64,000 nucleotides of DNA from Deltaproteobacteria bacterium (GTDB lineage: Bacteria; Desulfobacterota; Syntrophia; Syntrophales; JACQWR01), in contig JAPLJV010000015.1 in NCBI GenBank assembly GCA_026388415.1, positions 45,344-109,343 of the forward strand. Direction: 5' to 3'. Shown one piece after another: positions 1 through 9,111 of this stretch. A program made the position numbers and the translations under genes. Every line of letters starts with the position of its first letter. Position 1 is the stretch's first letter. Below the pieces are notes generated by a model, which saw only the letters and a list, made by a program, of their open reading frames with translations, did no database searches and was not told the origin of the DNA.

Positions 1-938
1 GCATTGCCGCTGCCATCAGTAACGACATTTAGTGTTATAATGCCCCTTGTAGCCGAAAAATTCACTGTCTTTCCCGTTTGAGGAACACCCGACAAAGCAT
101 AATGTACAGTAGCGGTGGCCGTACTACCGATATTAATCTCGGTACCCGATGAGGGGGCTGTAAAGGTAAAATCTGTCGAGCTGACACTTATGGTCTGAGT
201 CGCTGTTGCGCCCAAGGCAGATGCGGTGACAGTATCTGTGCCGCCATTTGTTGCCGTATAGGTCACTTCCGCTTGTCCGTTGGCGCTGGTGGAAACCGGA
301 CTCGGGCTAAAACTGTTCCCAAGGCTCGAGGTTAAGGTAATTGCCTGACTAGGTATTGTCGCTCCTGCGGAATCCTTTAAAAATAGCGAAAGCTTGGCAG
401 ATGTGCCCGAAACTAGAGAATTTTGACCAGTTATCTGCAGTGTTGTGCCTACTACGTCTACGGAAGTTGTACCGGTAATCGAATCTGATGTGGCGGTTAT
501 GGTAATCGTTCGTTTGGACTTGTCTCCGGCCGCACTCAAGGTTGCCGTAGCGGTACCACTGGCATCCGTTGTGCCACTGGCAACCACCAAGTTTCCTCCA
601 GCCAAGGGTCCTGCAACAGAAGAAGACGCAAATGTAACTGACTTATCTTTTAATGCTACGTTATTTGCCGTTTTGACAATTGCCGTAAGGGTGACGGTGG
701 ACAAACCATCTGATCCAACCTGCGGACTGCTGGTCAGTAAATTCACAAAGCCGGCGGGTTGAACTGTCCCAGACGTTGTGGATCCTCCCGTCGTTCCGCC
801 AGTTGTGCCGCTGCTCGTTGAGGAACCGGTGGTGGCATCCGTCAGGCCGCCGGTACTGCATCCGGAGAGCAAACAAAGAAACGCAATTATTAGCACCGGC
901 ATCATCAGTCCGGGGAAACGCATCGCTTTTCTAAACAT
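1..938 (-). CDS. Lipoprotein with tandem bacterial Ig-like (Big_1/invasin-type) repeats; 3' end runs off the window
   Basis: Absent from the ORF track because it has no stop in the window. My translation from ATG (938-936) gives MFRKAMRFPGLMMPVLIIAFLCLLSGCSTGG..., a signal peptide with an LSGC lipobox. A Thr/Ser/Gly linker follows, then repeated units such as KSVTFASS..G.L..VASGTTDASGTATATLSA and KTVNFSATRGIITLNVVTDGSG. The frame stays open to position 3. Confidence 0.7.
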   Translation of the reverse strand, partial: MFRKAMRFPGLMMPVLIIAFLCLLSGCSTGGLTDATTGSSTSSGTTGGTTGGSTTSGTVQPAGFVNLLTSSPQVGSDGLSTVTLTAIVKTANNVALKDKSVTFASSSVAGPLAGGNLVVASGTTDASGTATATLSAAGDKSKRTITITATSDSITGTTSVDVVGTTLQITGQNSLVSGTSAKLSLFLKDSAGATIPSQAITLTSSLGNSFSPSPVSTSANGQAEVTYTATNGGTDTVTASALGATATQTISVSSTDFTFTAPSSGTEINIGSTATATVHYALSGVPQTGKTVNFSATRGIITLNVVTDGSGN

Positions 939-981
939 CCCTATTCTCCTTTCACATACACACGAAGCAGGGCCGACCATA

Positions 982-1947
982 TTATTTCCCTACTATCTTG
1001 AACTCCCGCGCCAGGCGCTGGGCCTCGGCGATCTGGGCGGGCGACATCCAGACGGTGACTCGGTCCCGCGCCATTTTGGCCTTGGCTTCACCCTGGATCG
1101 AGGCCAGGTTGTACCACTTCAGGGCCTGGATTTCGTCCGGCAAAACCCCCTGGCCCTTTTCATACATATAGCCGAGGTTATACTGGGCCAACTGATAGCC
1201 CCGCTCCGCCGCCTGGCGATAGCATTTTGCCGCTTCCACATAATCCTGCGGCGTCCCCTCACCCTTTTCGTACATGTAGCCAATATTATACTGGGCTATG
1301 GTATGGCCCTGCAGGGCGGCTTTACTGAACCAGTTGAGGGCTTCCAGGTAATCACGGGAAACTCCCTGACCGCTGTAATAGATCAATCCGACATTGAACT
1401 GGGAAGCCGCATCGCCCTGCTCGGCCAGTGCCTTCAGTTCCCGCAGCGACTTCGCATAGGCAGACTGAGGCTTGAATTCCCGGGCCAGCTTTTGCGCTTC
1501 CGTAATCTGTTTTGGCGTCATTTTCACGGCCAGAGTATCTCTGAACTCTCTGGCTTCCATATCCCCCTGAGCGGCGGCCAGGATGAACCACATGAGCGCC
1601 TGGGGATAGTCTTTGTCAATCACTCCCTGTATGCCCTCGGCATAGATGGTACCCAGCGTGGCCTGTGCAAAACCATGGCTCTGTTCAGCGGCCTTGCGCA
1701 GCCACTTGGCGGCTTCCCGATAATCCTGAGGCACTCCCCAGCCCTGGTAATAAAGCGAGCCCAGGTTGAACTGGGCTTCGGCGTTGCCCTGCTCGGCCAG
1801 CGGCTTCAATTCGCTTACGGCCGCCGCGACATCATCCGGCTTATAGTGTTTCATCCCTTTTTGGTAATTACCCGGAGCGCAACCCGCGATGTTCCCGAAT
1901 ATGGCCGCCATGAAGACCAAAAGAATAAATCTGGCCAGATATTTCAT
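982..1947 (-). CDS. Sel1-repeat (SLR/TPR-like) lipoprotein
   Basis: Repeated Sel1 units (AEAQFNLGSLYYQGWGVPQDYREAAKWLRKAAEQ...; ASQFNVGLIYYSGQGVSRDYLEALNWFSKAALQG...). Signal peptide with NIAGC lipobox. I prefer the ATG at 1947 (MKYLARF..., AAGGAG SD) over the longest ORF start at 1974. Confidence 0.85.
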   Translation of the reverse strand: MKYLARFILLVFMAAIFGNIAGCAPGNYQKGMKHYKPDDVAAAVSELKPLAEQGNAEAQFNLGSLYYQGWGVPQDYREAAKWLRKAAEQSHGFAQATLGTIYAEGIQGVIDKDYPQALMWFILAAAQGDMEAREFRDTLAVKMTPKQITEAQKLAREFKPQSAYAKSLRELKALAEQGDAASQFNVGLIYYSGQGVSRDYLEALNWFSKAALQGHTIAQYNIGYMYEKGEGTPQDYVEAAKCYRQAAERGYQLAQYNLGYMYEKGQGVLPDEIQALKWYNLASIQGEAKAKMARDRVTVWMSPAQIAEAQRLAREFKIVGK

Positions 1948-2008
1948 AATGCCTGTCTCCTTGAATGATAACAACCTAACCCCACAACCTCTATAACCCC
2001 CAACCCCT

Positions 2009-3940
2009 TCAAGGTCCGGTCTGAATGCCGGCCACTTCCTGCGGCTTCATGATATTGGGAGTAATAAAAATCAGCACCTCTTCCATGGATTCGCTCTTCC
2101 CCTCTCCCTTGAACAGCCAGCCCAATAGAGGAATATCTTTTAACCAGGGGACCCCATTAACATTATCTATGTTTTTTTGCTTGGTCAAACCGGAAATTAC
2201 GATCGTCTCACCATCCTGCACGATGAGGTTGGTCTCCGTCTGCTTTTTGATGATATAGGGATTGCCGTCCACGTTGCGGCTGGGGTCCACCTCATCCTTC
2301 TGCACCAGAATTTTCATCTTCAAGTTTTTCCCGTCAATCACATGCGGGGTAATTTCCAGGCGCAGAACGGCGTTTTCAAATTTAACGGATTTGGTTACGG
2401 TGCCGCCGCTGGTATCCATGGTAACAAAAGGAATTTTCTCGCCATTTTCCGTAAAGGCCTTCTGGTTATCCAGGGTGGTGATGGAAGGGCTGGAAAGAAT
2501 ATTAAGCTTGCCGTCTTTCTGCAGGGCATTTAACTGCAAATCAAGAATATTCTCCCCAATTGTGCCAAACATAAGACCTAATGACGCTGAGGCCGTTGAG
2601 GACATGGTTGCCGGAAAATTGACTCCGAATCCCTGACCGGCGATCCCCGTGGTGCCGGAGGTGGGCGTATAAGTTCCGGCGAAGGCCGAACCGGGAGACG
2701 TGGCAAGGCCCCCAGTACCTCCAGGATTTACATATAAGCCCTGGTTCCCTATCTTTTGCCCCCACATACCGCCCCACTGAATGCCAAGATTACGGGCGGT
2801 ATCTTTTGTTGTTTCCACAATATTGGCTTTTATTAGTATCTGTGCGGTCGGTTTGTCTATTTTCTCGATAATGGGGAACAACCTGGTCATATCCTGACGG
2901 GTGGCCTGGATGATCAGCGAATTACTGTGTTCATCAACCTTTACAGACCCCTGAACTTTGCCATCCTTATCTTTGGGCAGCAGGTCCAGAAGGTTTTCGG
3001 TCAGTTTTTTGGCATCTGTATAATCAACATTGACCACTCTCGTGATCAAGGGCTCTGATGATGGCCTGGTCTGTACTGCTTGCCGATCGGCATCATCTTT
3101 TTTTATCTTGTCCAGAGTCATCACAGTGATCACGTTGCCAGCCTGTCTTTTGCCCAGACCCGTAATAGAAAGGATGGTATCGAGCGCCTGGTCCCAGGGG
3201 ACGTTCTTCATCTGGATCGTAACATTACCCTTGACGTCATCTCCCGAGACGATACTTACCCCGGCCAACTCGGCCAGCAGTCGGAAAACGCTTTTGATAT
3301 TCGCATCCTGGAAGTCAATGGATATCTGATGCCCGGCATAGTTTTTCGACTCCGGCGTCTGTTCACCGCCCACGGCTTTATCTTTCGGCACTACATCCTT
3401 CGGAGCGACATCTTTCGGCGTGATAGGCACATTAGTCGCCTCCGTTGTTGCCGGCGGTTTCGGAGCTGCGTCCGCGGCCGGCTCCTTTAACGCCGCGACG
3501 TTGAAATCAATGAGGATATTGGGCCCTTCCTGCCGGACGCTATGGGGCACGCGTTCCTTTAAATCAATCGTCAAATATGCCCACTGCTTGCCTTCCAGTA
3601 TTTTCTGTGCGGGCAAAACGCGCAGGACGTTGCGTAATGCGCCTTCCCCACGCGGAGTCCTTAAATCCAGCGGCACAAACATGTTATCCAGCTTGACCAG
3701 CAAGGCGTTTCCCGGCTGACTTTCCACCGTAGCGCCGGACAGTCGTGAAACTGTAATGGTAATCCTTTCCTTCCCGGCCACCGGGCTTTCCAAGGCAATG
3801 TTTTCAAGGTATCCCACATTAACGGCCTGCGGCGCCGGAGGCTCGGCCGCTCCCAGGGGGGCGGCGCCCACGCAGAAGAAACTGCCGATGAACATCACAA
3901 AACAGATTAATGAAAACATAAGTATGCTCTTTTTCCTCAT
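2009..3940 (-). CDS. pilQ: Type IV pilus secretin PilQ
   Basis: 643 aa with a signal peptide and a C-terminal secretin domain (..NGVPWLKDIPLLGWLFKGEGKS..). It is the last gene of a pilMNOPQ array and overlaps pilP by ATGA. Confidence 0.9.
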   Translation of the reverse strand: MRKKSILMFSLICFVMFIGSFFCVGAAPLGAAEPPAPQAVNVGYLENIALESPVAGKERITITVSRLSGATVESQPGNALLVKLDNMFVPLDLRTPRGEGALRNVLRVLPAQKILEGKQWAYLTIDLKERVPHSVRQEGPNILIDFNVAALKEPAADAAPKPPATTEATNVPITPKDVAPKDVVPKDKAVGGEQTPESKNYAGHQISIDFQDANIKSVFRLLAELAGVSIVSGDDVKGNVTIQMKNVPWDQALDTILSITGLGKRQAGNVITVMTLDKIKKDDADRQAVQTRPSSEPLITRVVNVDYTDAKKLTENLLDLLPKDKDGKVQGSVKVDEHSNSLIIQATRQDMTRLFPIIEKIDKPTAQILIKANIVETTKDTARNLGIQWGGMWGQKIGNQGLYVNPGGTGGLATSPGSAFAGTYTPTSGTTGIAGQGFGVNFPATMSSTASASLGLMFGTIGENILDLQLNALQKDGKLNILSSPSITTLDNQKAFTENGEKIPFVTMDTSGGTVTKSVKFENAVLRLEITPHVIDGKNLKMKILVQKDEVDPSRNVDGNPYIIKKQTETNLIVQDGETIVISGLTKQKNIDNVNGVPWLKDIPLLGWLFKGEGKSESMEEVLIFITPNIMKPQEVAGIQTGP

Positions 3941-4419
3941 GGTATGCCCTCTTCATCTTTGCGCAGCTTTTTTATGATCCTGTTTTTTTTCCCGGTACGG
4001 AGCGCAGTTGCTTCTTCCACAACAATCTGATCTTTTCCTATTTCAACAACCTTTCCGTTGTTTAAGCCGATAACTGTACCCAGCTTCAGTGCGTAGAATC
4101 TGCTGCCCCTACTGTCCTTAGTTTCCACAATGGCCAGTCTACGTCCGGTATCACCGGCGATGCCGAGCAGATTGAATTGATCGAGACCCACCTTCTGCAA
4201 GGGGAAGATGGAGATGGCGGCATCCATTTCCGCTTTTTTCTTTAAAACCGGATCCTTTTCCACAAAAGGCCGGAACGGATCCGGTTTCCCCGCCGGATTA
4301 AAGCTGTAGCTGGCCGGAGGCGCCTGCTTGGCGGCATCGGACGTCGCGGCATAAGCAGCATGATTAAAGCCGCCGGCAATCAGGAGTAAAATTATTATAA
4401 TAACGCTATTTCTTGGCAT
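3937..4419 (-). CDS. pilP: Type IV pilus assembly protein PilP
   Basis: Lies between pilO and pilQ. N-terminal hydrophobic anchor (MPRNSVIIIILLLIAGG), about 160 aa. I prefer the ATG at 4419; the longest ORF start at 4494 would overlap pilO by 89 nt. Confidence 0.75.
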   Translation of the reverse strand: MPRNSVIIIILLLIAGGFNHAAYAATSDAAKQAPPASYSFNPAGKPDPFRPFVEKDPVLKKKAEMDAAISIFPLQKVGLDQFNLLGIAGDTGRRLAIVETKDSRGSRFYALKLGTVIGLNNGKVVEIGKDQIVVEEATALRTGKKNRIIKKLRKDEEGIP

Positions 4420-5164
4420 TCTTGTCCTTTTCGCTATTCTTTTGCTCCGCCGGCTTTTGCGCTCCGGTTTTACTATCCACCGTCTTTTGAACAAACATAT
4501 AAGTCTTGACCATGCAAGAGGTCGTCAGGATAAGCTCCTTGCCCTTGCCGGGATTGGCTTCTCCCATGGAGATATCCTCGATATTTATTATCCGGGGGAG
4601 ACCGGCCACCTTGGCAAAAAAAGCGGCCGCGTTATTGTAACCACCTTTGACTGAAACCTTGACGGGTATCTCTTCGTAATAATCACCTTCTTCCACGGGC
4701 GGCTTGCCCGGTGGCGCCTTGCCGTCGGCAGGCTTCGGCGCGGGCGGCTTTTTATCAGGCGCTTTCGGATCCGCGGCTGCCGGTCCCCCAATCGGTTTTT
4801 TTACTGATGATTGCGGTTCAAAGATGAGAAAGTTCAGCCCGGCATTTTTCCCGGACAGGGCAATAGTCTGAAGAAGTTCAGGAATTTCCTTGCGGACAGG
4901 AAGCTTGGTCAGGGCCGTTTGGAACTCCTCCTTCAGGGCATCCATGCCTTTCATGTATTTCCCCAGCTCGGCTGCCAACTTTTCCTTGGTCGCTACCTGC
5001 TGCTCCAGATCCAGGAGCTTCTCCTGCTGAGTGCTGCGCTTTGCCATATCGGTCTGCAGGAAGTAGAAAAAGAAGAAATAGCTAAAAATGACATAAATCA
5101 CGCCAATCGCGAGCGCCCTCATCCGGGGCGACATTTTCTTTATGTCATCCAAGTTTATGGCCAT
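4406..5164 (-). CDS. pilO: Type IV pilus assembly protein PilO
   Basis: Single N-terminal TM segment, a coiled coil and a Pro/Lys-rich linker. Positioned between pilN and pilP. Confidence 0.8.
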   Translation of the reverse strand: MAINLDDIKKMSPRMRALAIGVIYVIFSYFFFFYFLQTDMAKRSTQQEKLLDLEQQVATKEKLAAELGKYMKGMDALKEEFQTALTKLPVRKEIPELLQTIALSGKNAGLNFLIFEPQSSVKKPIGGPAAADPKAPDKKPPAPKPADGKAPPGKPPVEEGDYYEEIPVKVSVKGGYNNAAAFFAKVAGLPRIINIEDISMGEANPGKGKELILTTSCMVKTYMFVQKTVDSKTGAQKPAEQKNSEKDKNAKK

Positions 5165-5170
5165 GATTTG

Positions 5171-5698
5171 CTATCCCCTCTTTAATACACAAGATAAGGT
5201 AAATTGCTGCAGCTTAATACCGGCGACTTCCTTTTCCCTGGTGGATACCAGGCTGACGGAAGACACGAAACTGGAAAATTCAAGGCTTTTCATAAAACGA
5301 GCCACAACCATGTTGTCTTTGGCCACCCCTTCAATGCGCAGGCCGGAACTGGTCTCGGCGATTTTTTCGAGCCATATTTCTTTCTGGGGAACCAGTTGCG
5401 CCAATTCAGCCAGCATGCGGACGGGGAAAAAGCGATCTGCCTCTAAGCCCTTGATAACAGAAAGCTTTTGCTCAAGTTCCTTGATGTCTCGTTTCAACCC
5501 CTCTATGTCTCCGAGCTTCTTTGTCAAGACGACCAGCTTTTCGTCTTTCTCCTTGATCTGCGCCTCCAGTGCGCTGAGGCTGGAACTGAGAGAAATCTTG
5601 AGCAAAACGAAAACCAGGAGAAGGATAATAAAGGAGCCGGCAATAATTGTAATCTGCCGTTTGATATTTTCCTTTTTGGCTGCTTCGCGGTAGGGCAA
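5171..5698 (-). CDS. pilN: Type IV pilus assembly protein PilN; the start codon is problematic (see findings)
   Basis: TM segment plus coiled-coil fimbrial-assembly architecture directly after pilM. The conserved IRINLLP motif is encoded in frame at 5713-5693. That places it upstream of, and overlapping, the first canonical start (TTG at 5698). Confidence 0.8.
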   Translation of the reverse strand: MPYREAAKKENIKRQITIIAGSFIILLLVFVLLKISLSSSLSALEAQIKEKDEKLVVLTKKLGDIEGLKRDIKELEQKLSVIKGLEADRFFPVRMLAELAQLVPQKEIWLEKIAETSSGLRIEGVAKDNMVVARFMKSLEFSSFVSSVSLVSTREKEVAGIKLQQFTLSCVLKRG

Positions 5699-6807
5699 AA
5701 GATTGATGCGGATCTTTTGTCACCTATTTTTCTTAGCGCCAGCCCTACGCCCACGGCGGCAATGGGACCGATACTTTCGATCGCTGCCCCAGCAATGGCC
5801 TTCTTATCGTAACCAATTTTTTTGAAGGGATTGATAATTTCGGTGTCTGTGCCGAGCCGCTGCGTCATTTCGGCGGCAATTCCGGGAATCATCGCCCCAC
5901 CTCCCGAGAGCAGCGCCTGCTTTATTTCCTCGTTGCCGAAGGTAGAACGGAAATAATCAACGGAACGCTCTATTTCCAGGCAGATGGGCTCGGCAAGGCT
6001 GAGTATGTCTGTTACTCCAGCTTCCTGCAGTCGCTTGGCGCCCTCCGGACCGGCAATCTTTACCTGTTCCGCCTCGTCAAAAGTCACCCCTAACTTGGCC
6101 TGGATGGCTTCCGTGACGGCGTTGCCGCCCAGAGTGAAATCTCTGGTAAATATGGACGTGCCATTCTTGACCACATTGATATTCGTGATGCTGGCCCCGA
6201 TATTGACAATTACCGCCACATCTGTCTCTGCAAAATCATAGTTCTTTTCATACATTGTTTCCAGAGCAAAGGAATCAACATCCATAATGAGCGGAATCAG
6301 GCCGGCGTCCTTTATGGACTCCGCATAGTTATCTATTATATCTTTTTTAGCTGCGACCAAGAGGACTTCCATCAGATTGGGGTTGAATTCATTGGCCCCC
6401 AGGATTTGAAAATCAAAGTACACCGCCGCCATGTCATCAAAAGGCAGATATTTACTCGCTTCATCATGGATTAAATCGCGTAATTCGCCTTCCTCCATGA
6501 CGGCGAAGGAAACTTTTTTTACAATCACGGCATGACCGGAAAGGGAGGTGACGACGTTTTTTATGCTGCAACCAGCAAGCTTGAAAAGTTCCTTTATCCT
6601 GGCGCTGAGTTCCTCATGCTCGACCAGTGCGCCATCCACAATGACGCCCCGGCGGACGGGAATCTGGTAGAAGCTCTTCAATACATAGCCCTTGGACGAC
6701 TCCTGCATCGCCACAAGCTTCAGCGAACTTGATCCGATGTCAAGCCCCACCAGCTTCTTACGGCCGGACAGCAGTTCTTTTATATCGATCGCGGGCAGAG
6801 CAAACAC
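5524..6807 (-). CDS. pilM: Type IV pilus assembly ATPase-fold protein PilM; the ORF as sequenced runs 63 codons into pilN
   Basis: Actin-like fold motifs (KKLVGLDIGSSSLKLV; LLSGGGAMIPGIA). The recognisable PilM sequence ends near ..GVGLALRKIG (about 5720). The remaining tail is compositionally non-protein-like. Confidence 0.85.
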   Translation of the reverse strand: MFALPAIDIKELLSGRKKLVGLDIGSSSLKLVAMQESSKGYVLKSFYQIPVRRGVIVDGALVEHEELSARIKELFKLAGCSIKNVVTSLSGHAVIVKKVSFAVMEEGELRDLIHDEASKYLPFDDMAAVYFDFQILGANEFNPNLMEVLLVAAKKDIIDNYAESIKDAGLIPLIMDVDSFALETMYEKNYDFAETDVAVIVNIGASITNINVVKNGTSIFTRDFTLGGNAVTEAIQAKLGVTFDEAEQVKIAGPEGAKRLQEAGVTDILSLAEPICLEIERSVDYFRSTFGNEEIKQALLSGGGAMIPGIAAEMTQRLGTDTEIINPFKKIGYDKKAIAGAAIESIGPIAAVGVGLALRKIGDKRSASIFCPTAKQPKRKISNGRLQLLPAPLLSFSWFSFCSRFLSVPASAHWRRRSRRKTKSWSS

Positions 6808-6836
6808 AGCGTCACCTACCGGTTATTTCCTGATGT

Positions 6837-7109
6837 TCAATTGTCAAACTGAAATACTACGGCTCCCTTTCTTACCATCCCAAGTTCGTTTCTGGCCACC
6901 ATTTCTATATAGGATAAATCGTCTCTAAGCAAAGTAATCGTTCGTTTCAATTCCTCATTTCCCCTAGCCAGATCATGATTCGCCCTCTTCAAGGAGATTA
7001 GGCGCTCTTTCATCCGAAAATTATCAATGAGCCCCCGATCGCCAAATGTTACCAGCACACAGACGAATAAAGCGATAATTATTAAGTACTTGCCAACTTT
7101 CATCCCCAA
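6837..7109 (-). CDS. ftsB: Septum formation initiator FtsB/DivIC family
   Basis: 90 aa with an N-terminal TM helix followed by a leucine-zipper-like coiled coil. C-terminal ..IEMVARNELGMVRKGAVVF is typical of FtsB. Confidence 0.75.
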   Translation of the reverse strand: MGMKVGKYLIIIALFVCVLVTFGDRGLIDNFRMKERLISLKRANHDLARGNEELKRTITLLRDDLSYIEMVARNELGMVRKGAVVFQFDN

Positions 7110-7230
7110 GGCAGCCCCTTGCCAAATGGCAATAACAAGTAAGGAAACACATGATTTGTTTGGTTTTATACACTACTTGGCGGCGGCGTGCAAGAAAAAA
7201 TGAATTAAATCAAAAAAATATTTACCGGTA

Positions 7231-7368
7231 GGTGAAACCCACATGACGGCACCCGCACAAAGGGCAATGGAAATCTACCCTAACCCCTCTTTGCCAAAGA
7301 GGGGAGCATAAAGTCCCCCTTTGTAAAAGGGGGACTAAGGGGGATTTGATGCGCATTTTCAGGTGAAA
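7231..7368 (+). repeat. Modular multi-hairpin intergenic repeat, copy A (inverted relative to copies B-E)
   Basis: Contains the hairpins CCCCTCTTTGCCAAAGAGGGG and CCCCCTTTGTAAAAGGGGG, followed by AGGGGGATTTGATGCGCATTTTCAGGTGAAA. AGGTGAAA is present at both ends (7230-7238 and 7361-7368). Confidence 0.85.
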
Positions 7369-7434
7369 ATCATGGTTCGACAAGCTCACCACGAACGGCT
7401 GACTTGGCCACGGATTTTTAACGGCCCTTTCCCA

Positions 7435-9096
7435 TTAGTCTTTATAAATAGCGCCAGTACTCGCTGATGTGACCTGCCGGGCATACCGGGCCAGATAGCC
7501 GGTGGTGATTGCGGGCAGACGCGGTTGCAATTTTTTCCTCCGTGCAGTCAGTTCCTTTTCGCTGACCATCAAGTTCAGTTGCTTATTGGGGATGTCAATA
7601 CTGATCCTGTCTCCTTCCTTTACCAGGGCAATGGGGCCGCCTTCCGCCGCTTCCGGGGAAATATGACCGATTGCCGCCCCGCGCGAACCGCCGCTGAAAC
7701 GACCATCCGTGAGCAGCGCCACCGTTTTGTCCAGACCCATTCCGGCAATGGCAGATGTAGGCCCCAGCATTTCCCGCATCCCGGGCCCTCCTTTCGGACC
7801 TTCATAGCGGATCACAACGATGTCGCCCGCCTGAATTTTCCCACCCAGGATCGCCTCGCTGGCCTCCTCTTCACTGTCGAAGACGCGGGCCCGGCCTTCA
7901 TTAACCATCATATCCGGATCTACTGCCGACTGCTTGACTACCGCACCCTCAGGCGCCAGATTGCCCTTGAGAATAGCCAACCCCCCCTCTTGGTGATAGG
8001 GGCGTTTTACGGGACGGATTACGTCGTCATCATATACCCTGGCCTGCTTCAGGTTTTCGCCCAGCGTCTTGCCCGTGACCGTCATGACCTGCAAATCCAG
8101 GATGCCCAACTTGCTAATTTCCTTCATAAGACCTTGAATGCCGCCTGCCCGGTCCAGATCTTCAATATGATGGTGGCCGGCCGGGCTCAAATGGCAGAGA
8201 TGGGGCGTCTTTTTGCTGATTTCGTTGAAAAGATCAAGATCAAGACGGAAACCCGCTTCATGGGCAATGGCCGGAATATGGAGCGCGGTGTTGGTAGAAC
8301 AGCCGAGGGCCATGTCAACCGCCAGGGCATTCCTGAAGGCTGCCAGCGTGGCAATATCACGCGGTCGGATGTTTTTCTGGAGAAGCTCCATGATGCCCAT
8401 TCCCGCCTCTTTGGCCAGACGCCTGCGGGCTGCCTGAACGGCCGGGATGGTCCCGTTGCCCGGCAGTCCCAGGCCGATAGCCTCGGTAAGGCAGTTCATG
8501 GAATTGGCCGTGAACATGCCGGAACAGGAGCCACAACCGGGGCAAGCGGAATCTTCCAGCGATTTCAATTCCTTTTGTGTCATCGAGCCGGATTTGACGG
8601 CCCCGACGCCTTCAAAGACGGTTATCAGATCCACCTTCTTGCCCTGCCGGACACCGGCCAGCATGGGGCCGCCGCTGATAAAGATGGTCGGGATGTTTAA
8701 ACGCAGGGCTGCCATGAGCATGCCCGGAACGATCTTGTCACAGTTGGGAATCATCACCAGGGCGTCAAAGGGATGAGCAGTGGCCATCACTTCGACCGAA
8801 TCGGCGATCAGCTCCCGGCTGGCCAGCGAGTATTTCATGCCGCGATGCCCCATGGCAATGCCGTCGCAGACCCCGATGGCTGGAAATTCTACTGGGGTCC
8901 CGCCGGACATCCGGATGCCGGCCTTGACGTCGGCCGTAATCATATTCAGGTGGATATGCCCCGGAATGATTTCATTGGCGGAGTTTACCACCCCGATCAA
9001 AGGTCGCGAGATCTCTTGGTCCGTATAGCCCATCGCCTTAAAGAGGGAGCGGTGGGGAGCCCTCTCGAGTCCCTTTTTCATGGCATCGCTGCGCAT
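7435..9096 (-). CDS. ilvD: Dihydroxy-acid dehydratase
   Basis: 553 aa with motifs [22 protein letters not shown] and [18 protein letters not shown]. Confidence 0.95.
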   Translation of the reverse strand: MRSDAMKKGLERAPHRSLFKAMGYTDQEISRPLIGVVNSANEIIPGHIHLNMITADVKAGIRMSGGTPVEFPAIGVCDGIAMGHRGMKYSLASRELIADSVEVMATAHPFDALVMIPNCDKIVPGMLMAALRLNIPTIFISGGPMLAGVRQGKKVDLITVFEGVGAVKSGSMTQKELKSLEDSACPGCGSCSGMFTANSMNCLTEAIGLGLPGNGTIPAVQAARRRLAKEAGMGIMELLQKNIRPRDIATLAAFRNALAVDMALGCSTNTALHIPAIAHEAGFRLDLDLFNEISKKTPHLCHLSPAGHHHIEDLDRAGGIQGLMKEISKLGILDLQVMTVTGKTLGENLKQARVYDDDVIRPVKRPYHQEGGLAILKGNLAPEGAVVKQSAVDPDMMVNEGRARVFDSEEEASEAILGGKIQAGDIVVIRYEGPKGGPGMREMLGPTSAIAGMGLDKTVALLTDGRFSGGSRGAAIGHISPEAAEGGPIALVKEGDRISIDIPNKQLNLMVSEKELTARRKKLQPRLPAITTGYLARYARQVTSASTGAIYKD

Positions 9097-9111
9097 ATCT
9101 CCTCCTACTTA

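Noticed and set aside
778-1968. 396-aa plus-strand ORF
   Set aside because: It lies exactly antisense to the well-supported Sel1-repeat gene (982-1947). Its composition is Leu/Arg/Gly/Pro-rich and non-protein-like, it has no SD, and it mirrors the repeat periodicity of the real gene.
7525-8700. 391-aa plus-strand ORF inside ilvD
   Set aside because: It is antisense to a gene with unmistakable IlvD motifs. This is a typical GC-rich shadow ORF.
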